Origin: Sedimentisphaerales bacterium | GTDB lineage: Bacteria; Planctomycetota; Phycisphaerae; Sedimentisphaerales; SM23-30 | DNA length: 64,000 nt | NCBI GenBank assembly: GCA_963663965.2 | Contig: CAXXFK010000028.1 | Coordinates: 32,001 to 96,000 of the forward strand | Direction of reading: 5' to 3' | Shown here: piece by piece, positions 57,775 to 64,000 of the stretch | How positions within the stretch are numbered: position 1 is the first letter of the stretch | How the letters are laid out: every line of letters begins with the position of its first letter | Notes under the pieces: generated by a model | Seen by the model: only the letters and a program-made list of their open reading frames with translations | The model's database searches: none | What the model was told of the DNA's origin: nothing | Translations under genes and position numbers: made by a program

Positions 57775-57909
57775 TATAACAGTTAATAACCGTTATTATG
57801 TGGTTATTGCTTAAACGTGATCGGTATTCTGAAAAGCAAATGATGATATTGCAAAAGGTTACATAAAGAGTGGGTACTTCCACCATGCTGTAATTGGTAT
57901 ATAAATCAC

Positions 57910-57937
57910 TTGCATGTATTTGTAATTCAGGTAAAAT
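57910..57937 (+). promoter_or_regulatory. Possible sigma70 promoter of the phoH operon
   Basis: TTGCAT-N16-TAAAAT, about 60 bp upstream of the phoH TTG start. Confidence 0.4.
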
Positions 57938-57999
57938 AGCCGACATAATAGTATTTAAATCTGGCTCTAAAAGCTTGTGGCTTAACAGGATATAAAGAT

Positions 58000-58929
58000 T
58001 TGGAACTTACTTTAACATTAGATAATCCTTCTCAAAGGGTTAAATTATTTGGTTCTGCTGATTGTAATCTTCGTCTTTTGAGGGATTTATGTGAGGTTAG
58101 TGTAACTGCCAGGCAAGACAGGGTCATGATCTCCGGCGGTAAGGAAGCGGTGCAGAATGCTGCGGCCTTATTCCAGAAAATGCAGGATTTTGCTGATACT
58201 GCAGCTGAGATCGATAAAAGTGATATTGTTCTCATGCTGAAAGATATTGAGTCGGGCGGTTCATCTGAAAAGAGTTCCAGTCGGTTAAATGTTTATCTTT
58301 CCGGTAAATTTGTCGAAGCCAGAACTCGTGGGCAGCGTAAATATATAAAGACTATAGAGGAAAACGATATGGTCTTTTGTTGTGGGCCTGCCGGTACCGG
58401 TAAAACCTATCTCGCAGTCGCTGTTGCTGTGGCAATGCTGAAGCAGGCCAGGATTAGAAGGATTATTTTGGCCCGTCCAGCTGTAGAAGCTGGCGAAAAG
58501 CTGGGCTTCTTACCTGGTGATCTACAGGCAAAGGTTAACCCGTACCTGAGACCGCTTCTGGATGCTCTGAGCGACATGATGGAATATAGTCAGATAAGTC
58601 GTTTCATGCAGAATGATATTATTGAGGTAGTACCACTTGCTTTTATGAGAGGGCGAACTCTTAATGATGCAGTGGTTATTCTTGATGAAGCTCAAAATAC
58701 TACTGTTTCGCAGATGCTAATGTTCCTTACGCGTCTTGGAAATGATTCAAAAATGATCATTACCGGCGATGTTGGGCAAAGTGACCTTGCTGCAAATGAA
58801 AAATCTGGTTTATCTGATGCTTTAATACGGTTAAAAGGTATAAAAGGAATTGGTACTGTTAAACTTTCGGAGTCTGACATTGTCAGGCATAAACTGGTGC
58901 ATAGCATCGTTAGAGCTTATGCAACTTAG
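58000..58929 (+). CDS. phoH: PhoH family ATPase
   Basis: GPAGTGKTYLA, RPAVEAGEKLGFLPGD, FMRGRT, DEAQN, DIVRH. Confidence 0.93.
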   Translation: MELTLTLDNPSQRVKLFGSADCNLRLLRDLCEVSVTARQDRVMISGGKEAVQNAAALFQKMQDFADTAAEIDKSDIVLMLKDIESGGSSEKSSSRLNVYLSGKFVEARTRGQRKYIKTIEENDMVFCCGPAGTGKTYLAVAVAVAMLKQARIRRIILARPAVEAGEKLGFLPGDLQAKVNPYLRPLLDALSDMMEYSQISRFMQNDIIEVVPLAFMRGRTLNDAVVILDEAQNTTVSQMLMFLTRLGNDSKMIITGDVGQSDLAANEKSGLSDALIRLKGIKGIGTVKLSESDIVRHKLVHSIVRAYAT

Positions 58930-59010
58930 TTTCTGGAGGTTTGGTCTGGGTATAGGGGATTGTATTTATTTCATTAAATTGAAATAGATGCCACAGCTAT
59001 AATCAAAAAT

Positions 59011-60533
59011 ATGTTTAATAAAAAAAAGACAAAAAGAGTAGATTCCAGCAAAGTTAAAGAATCACAATGGGCTCAAAAGCGAAGAGACTTTATGGTTTCC
59101 GGAGCTCCGTTCTCGATATTGATGCTGCTTGCCTTTGCATTATTTGTCGCTTGTGTAATGTGCCTTGGCAGTCAGAGCGGCGAAGAAAGAGCATTCTGGC
59201 ATATCCAGTCTTTTGGGCATTTCCTGATCGAATATGTATTAATGCTGATCCTGTCGCTTGGCTTTGCCTTGTATGCCCTGGCTAATCTGCCAAAGCTTAT
59301 GAAATGGCATCTTAAGACATTTCATATACTTATGACCATGCTGGTTATGGTTTTGGCGGTAAGGATAATAGTTTATCAGCAGTGGTCTCCATATCTGATC
59401 TGTGTGCCGGTTATGTTAACTGGTATTACAATGACTATAGCCTATAACCAGAGATTTGCTCTCGGTATAAGCGGCTATCTTATTATGCTGTCAATGCTGG
59501 CTTTGGCAGATAGTATAACAGAGTTTCAGCAGGGTTTAGGTGTATTACTGGCTTGCGGGTGCAGTGTCGGTATTTCTATTATGATGCTGAAGAAGATCCG
59601 GTCATTTACCAAACTGATCGAAGTTTCTGCAATATCTTCTGTAATGGTATTCCTGGTTGTTTTTGTCTTTGGTATGTGGATGCATATTAGCATTAAAGAT
59701 ACCATTATAGACTGTCTATATGCATCTGGCGGAGGGTACTTGCGGTTGGATTCCTTATGCAGGGACTACTGCCTATTATCGAAAAGATATTTAAGACAGC
59801 AACTGATATGAGCCTGCTGTCATATGGAGAGGCGACACAGCCATTATTAAAACGTCTTGCAGTTGAAGCTCCTGGTACATTCAATCATAGCTGGCAGATC
59901 GGTATGCTCTCAGAAGCGGCTGCCGAAGCTATTGGTGCTAATGGTCTGCTATGCAGAGTTGGGCTGTTACTATCACGATGTAGGTAAGCTGAATAAGCCA
60001 AGGTATTTTATCGAGAATCAGCAGGACAGCTTTAACCAGCATAAAGAGCTATCACCTACTATGAGCCGTATGATCATTGTTGGTCATGTTAAGGATGGTA
60101 TGGAACTGCTGGAGCAGTACAAGATACAAAGATACTGAGGCAGTTTTGTGAGTCTCATCATGGTACAACACTGGTACAGTATTTTTATCATGCAGCAACT
60201 CAGAAGAGCTCTGAGACTGGCGAAGTGGTAGAAGAAACAGATTTCAGGTATCCTGGGCCGAAACCACGGACAAAAGAGTCTGCTATCGTTATGCTTGCTG
60301 ATGTGGTTGAAGGTGCTACCAGGGCAATGAAAGACCCTACTCCTAGCAGGATTGAGTCGCTGGTTCATAAAATGGTTATGATACGTCTGCAGGATGATCA
60401 GCTGAACGATTGTGATCTGACAATGAGAGAACTTGGCCAGATAGAGCATTCGCTGGTTAAGAGCTTATGTGCTATGTATCATGGCAGGATCAGCTATCCT
60501 AGCGGCAGTGACGGCGATAAAGATAAGAAATAG
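59011..60533 (+). pseudogene. 7TM-HD (HDIG) phosphohydrolase, PgpH/YqfF-like, split by three frameshifts that are probably sequencing errors
   Basis: TM bundle, then APGTFNHS, YYHDVGK, YFIENQ, GHVKDG, SHHGT, FRYPGPKP and MLADVVE spread over four ORFs; shifts at ~59735, ~59962 and ~60128. Confidence 0.85.
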
Positions 60534-60571
60534 TGCATACGTGAAAAGGTGCACAAGTAGAAAATATTGAT

Positions 60572-61036
60572 ATGATTGAAATAACTATTGAGAATACTGT
60601 ACCTGAAGCTATAGAAGCTTTGGATGTGAACAAACTGGAGAAAACCGCCAGATTTGTATTGGAAAAAGAAGGCTTTACTGATGGTCAGCTTTCAATAGTT
60701 ATCGTTGGTGATGAAGAGATCACTACATTGAAAAAGGATTATTTCGACATTGACAGCACTACAGATGTCGTTAGCTTTAATCTTGCCGATGATGACTGCC
60801 CAGATAATGTTATTGATGCCGAGATCGTGATAAACGCTGAACTGGCATTGAGAGAGTCTTCAGAACGCAACACTTCGGCAGAGGCAGAGCTTTTCCTGTA
60901 TGCTGTGCATGGCATTCTCCATCAGGCTGGTTACGATGACCATGAACCGGATGAATATGAGCAAATGCATAAACGTGAAAATGAACTAATGACTGAACTT
61001 GGCTATGGCCAGGTTTTTGGTGATATAGAGATGTGA
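60572..61036 (+). CDS. ybeY: rRNA maturation endoribonuclease YbeY
   Basis: TDVVSF and HGILHQAGYDD (H-X3-H-X5-D/H) motifs; phoH operon context. Confidence 0.9.
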   Translation: MIEITIENTVPEAIEALDVNKLEKTARFVLEKEGFTDGQLSIVIVGDEEITTLKKDYFDIDSTTDVVSFNLADDDCPDNVIDAEIVINAELALRESSERNTSAEAELFLYAVHGILHQAGYDDHEPDEYEQMHKRENELMTELGYGQVFGDIEM

Positions 61037-61157
61037 TTTGTGTATGCCGAGTACTAATCAGGCATACATTGTCCGGTGATTTGAAAGCTATGGAACGCTG
61101 AAACGGGCAGGCTCAGTTTTGAGTACTATATTGTTTTTTTTGAGAGGTGAAATTTAA

Positions 61158-62456
61158 GTGGATGACCCTGGCAGTTTATACTGGTTGCTAACTGTAATTT
61201 GTGTATTTTTTACAATGTACTGTTCGATTATCAGTAAATCCTTACTTAGGATATCCTGGATCAGGTTAGAGGATGCTTTTGAGAGTAAAGGGCACCCTGA
61301 GAGATTAGAGTATATTCGCAAGAACATGCCTGTTATGCTGGCTGGCAGTAATTTATTGAGAATGCTGTCACTGCTATCTTTTGTTCTATGTGTAATATGG
61401 CGTCAGTTTCAGTTCATATCGCAAGAATATACCCTGGCTCATGCGTTAATGCATTCATTTATTATTTCAGCGATAGTATTGAGTGTCTTTTTTGTTACGA
61501 TCCCCCATATCATTGCTACATATTGGGGTGCTTCAATTCTTGTTAGCAGTTTTTCATTAGTTAAGATTGTCAGTATCGTATTGAGACCGGTTATCTGGCT
61601 GCTTTACTGGGGCGAACCTTTAGTTAGAAAACTAGCTGGAATGGATGATGAAAAGTCTCCAAACAGGATAGAAGAACGTCAGGAAGAGCTGCTGAGTGTT
61701 TTCGAGGAAGGTGAAAAAGAGGGGATCGTAGACGAAGAAGAACGTTATATGATCGAGTCCGTTCTTGAGTTTCGTGCTACAACATCCGGCGAGATCATGA
61801 CGCCGCGTACAGAAATAAAGGGTCTGGATATTTCCATGCCATTTAGTGGTATTGTTGAAAGTGTCCTTGCAGCAGGTCATTCCAGATACCCGGTGTATGA
61901 AGAAAATATTGATAATATTATTGGTATGCTCTATGCGAAAGATCTGCTTCAGTTTTTATGTGAGAACAATAAGCCTGAAGACGTAAAGGATATCCTTCGT
62001 GAGGCTTTCTTTGTCCCTGAAACCAAAACATTGCGTGATCTGCTGCATGACTTCAAGGAAAAGAAAGTGCATGTTGCGGTAGTTCTGGATGAATATGGTG
62101 GTACCGCCGGGCTGGTCAGCTTTGAAGATATACTGGAAGAGCTGGTTGGCGAAATACAGGATGAACATGAGCAGCCGATGGCAGATATGATCCGCCAGGT
62201 GGATGAAAGAACATTCAAGGTTGATGCTCGTACAGAAATATATGACCTGATTGATGAATATGAATTAAAACTGCCGGAAGATGAAGATTATGAAACTCTG
62301 GGTGGTTTTGTTTTCTCTCAGCTGGGGCATATCCCGGTTGTTGGGGAGGCATTCGATTATGCTAATATGCGATTTACTGTGATCGATGCTGAAAAAAGAA
62401 AGATAAATATGTTAAGGATCGAACTCCTTACAGAACAAGATATACAGGAGAGCTAG
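61158..62456 (+). CDS. HlyC/CorC (CNNM) family protein: TM domain, CBS pair, CorC domain
   Basis: EIMTPR, GHSRYPVY, FVPETK, VVLDEYGGTAGLVSFEDILEELVGEIQDE, YETLGG. Confidence 0.9.
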   Translation: MDDPGSLYWLLTVICVFFTMYCSIISKSLLRISWIRLEDAFESKGHPERLEYIRKNMPVMLAGSNLLRMLSLLSFVLCVIWRQFQFISQEYTLAHALMHSFIISAIVLSVFFVTIPHIIATYWGASILVSSFSLVKIVSIVLRPVIWLLYWGEPLVRKLAGMDDEKSPNRIEERQEELLSVFEEGEKEGIVDEEERYMIESVLEFRATTSGEIMTPRTEIKGLDISMPFSGIVESVLAAGHSRYPVYEENIDNIIGMLYAKDLLQFLCENNKPEDVKDILREAFFVPETKTLRDLLHDFKEKKVHVAVVLDEYGGTAGLVSFEDILEELVGEIQDEHEQPMADMIRQVDERTFKVDARTEIYDLIDEYELKLPEDEDYETLGGFVFSQLGHIPVVGEAFDYANMRFTVIDAEKRKINMLRIELLTEQDIQES

Positions 62457-62459
62457 CGG

Positions 62460-63455
62460 ATGGCAGCTATTGTTGTAACAGGCGGAGCCGGGGTTTATTG
62501 GCAGTGCGATAGTATGGGCTCTGAACCAGAGAGGGCGCCATGATATTATTGTTACCGATGATCTGTGGCATGATGCAGAAACAGAACGGTGGAAAAATCT
62601 TGCCCGTCTGCAGTTTCTGGATTACGTGAACAAGGATGAGTTCTTGCATGAGCTGGAAGATGGTATGTATGATGGCTGCATTGAAGGTATTATCCATATG
62701 GGAGCCTGCAGCAGTACTACAGAAACCAATTGTGGCTATCTGATGGATAATAATTACCTGGACACTAAACGTCTGGCACACTGGTGTCTGGAGCATGATG
62801 CCAGATTTGTTTATGCTTCCAGTGCGGCAACTTATGGTGACGGCACAAAAGGTTTCAGTGATGACCATGATAAGCTGGCGGATTATGTGCCGTTGAATGC
62901 ATATGCTTTTTCTAAATGCAGTTTGATCTGTATGCTAAGCGTATGGATATGCTGGACAATATGGCTGGTGTTAAGTTCTTCAATGTTTTTGGGCCGAATG
63001 AGTATCATAAGGATGATATGAAGAGTGTGGCTGAAAAGGCCTATCATCAGATCAAAAAGACAGGTAAAGTTAAGCTGTTCAGGTCTCATAAAGACGGCTT
63101 TGAAGATGGCGGTCAGCTGCGTGATTTTGTTTATGTTAAGTACGCCGTTGGTGCAGTTCTGGAATTATTCTTTAATAAAGAAGCTAACGGCATATTTAAT
63201 GTCGGTACCGGCAAAGCCAGGAGCTTCAAAGACCTGGTGCTGGCCGTGTATTCGGCATTAGGAGTTAACCCTGAGATTGAATTTATCGATATGCCGATGC
63301 ACTTGAGAGGGAAGTATCAGTACTATACCCAGGCTGAGACTCAGAAGCTGTCTGCTGTATACGGCGACAAGCAGTGGCTGAGTCTGGAAGATGCAGTCAA
63401 AGACTATGTGTGTGAGTATCTGGATAAGGAAGACCCTTACCTGGCCGGCAGATGA
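62460..63455 (+). pseudogene. hldD: ADP-L-glycero-D-manno-heptose 6-epimerase, split by two frameshifts that are probably sequencing errors
   Basis: [11 protein letters not shown](+G)FIGSAIV, HMGACSSTTE, YASSAATYG, YAFSK, FFNVFGPNEYHK, RDFVYV, YQYYTQA; shifts at 62490-62493 and 62914-62916. Confidence 0.88.
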
Positions 63456-63618
63456 ATATAATCGGCTAGGCGGCTGCTGTGCTTGTAATTGTCGCTAAAT
63501 TATAGACTAATGAATGTTTTTGATGTAAAATATTCAGGATTCTTGTTGACAATTATTTGTTAAAATGGTATTAATACTGGTCTTCCCAAAATGGAAGAGC
63601 GAAAATTTGGATAATGAA

Positions 63619-63692
63619 GCACCCGTAGCTCAGCTGGATAGAGCAACGGATTTCTAATCCGTAGGTCACAGGTTCGAATCCTGTCGGGTGTG
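63619..63692 (+). tRNA. tRNA-Arg (anticodon TCT)
   Basis: Acceptor GCACCCG/CGGGTGT, D arm GCTC...GAGC, anticodon arm ACGGA-TT-TCT-AA-TCCGT, T loop GGTTCGAATCC; CCA not encoded. TTGACA at 63546-63551 upstream. Confidence 0.96.
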
Positions 63693-63698
63693 CTTTAT

Positions 63699-63736
63699 AA
63701 AAGCCTTGTAAGTATGTACTTATGAGGCTTTTTTTT
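63699..63736 (+). terminator. Rho-independent terminator after tRNA-Arg
   Basis: AAAAGCCTTGTAAGTA/TACTTATGAGGCTTTT stem followed by a T-run. Confidence 0.8.
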
Positions 63737-64000
63737 GGTTCAATCTCCCATTACCGGGGTATAAGCTTGTCTGATTTTAAGGAAGTCCAAGTTACTCATT
63801 GTTTTCATCCACTGTAACCATATAGCCATAGGAGCTACCTTATAACTTTAATGATTATTGTTAATGCCCTGGGCGAATCAGGCTGGCTATGCAATTGGAT
63901 AAGTTGGACAGATTTGCTGAAGGCGATGATTCAAAGCATCCAGATATATGGATAGAATTAGCTTTCTGGCAAATGGCATTTCAGGTATGGTGCAATCTGT

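Noticed and set aside
2748..63261. The many short ORFs (60-190 aa) in the track that overlap longer genes, e.g. 3263-3661, 12481-13002, 20123-20680, 44481-45044, 55283-55747
   Set aside because: They are antisense or alternate-frame shadows of well-supported genes and have no recognisable motifs.
1..64000. CRISPR array, rRNA, transposase, integrase or prophage genes
   Set aside because: No regularly spaced repeats and no such protein motifs were recognised in any ORF.
63737..64000. Integrated element or gene downstream of tRNA-Arg
   Set aside because: Only about 260 bp are visible; no convincing ORF, integrase motif or duplicated tRNA 3' end can be supported.

Overview
Gene-dense, AT-rich bacterial chromosomal window. 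It is most likely from a Planctomycetota member, possibly Phycisphaerae; this is inferred from the 88-aa coiled-coil protein, the ECF sigma/FecR-LamG pair, the FSTYACRAI-type sigma factor, and the secretin/vWA and FHA genes. It holds housekeeping genes (ahpC, argH, tatD, lipA, proC, rluB-like, phoH-7TM/HD-ybeY-corC-like-hldD, tRNA-Arg(TCT)) and signalling genes (hybrid histidine kinase, PhoB/PhoR, BlaI, HDOD, AraC-PAS, DUF294 nucleotidyltransferase plus DEDDh exonuclease). A ~22 kb surface-polysaccharide region (24.6-47.1 kb) carries an embedded HEPN/MNT toxin-antitoxin pair and a CapK-like ligase with a GNAT. The strongest unannotated signals are four. (1) A ~165-nt rod-shaped structured RNA candidate (6S-like) behind the small coiled-coil gene. 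(2) A triple 11-bp-spaced Pho-box plus two palindromes upstream of phoB. (3) A BlaI-type operator over the promoter of an orphan blaI. (4) A phosphomannose isomerase paralogue lacking two zinc ligands. Three genes carry seven single-base frameshifts in short homopolymers, probably sequencing or assembly errors. No CRISPR array, rRNA, transposase or integrase was seen. All family calls come from motif recognition by eye, not database searches.
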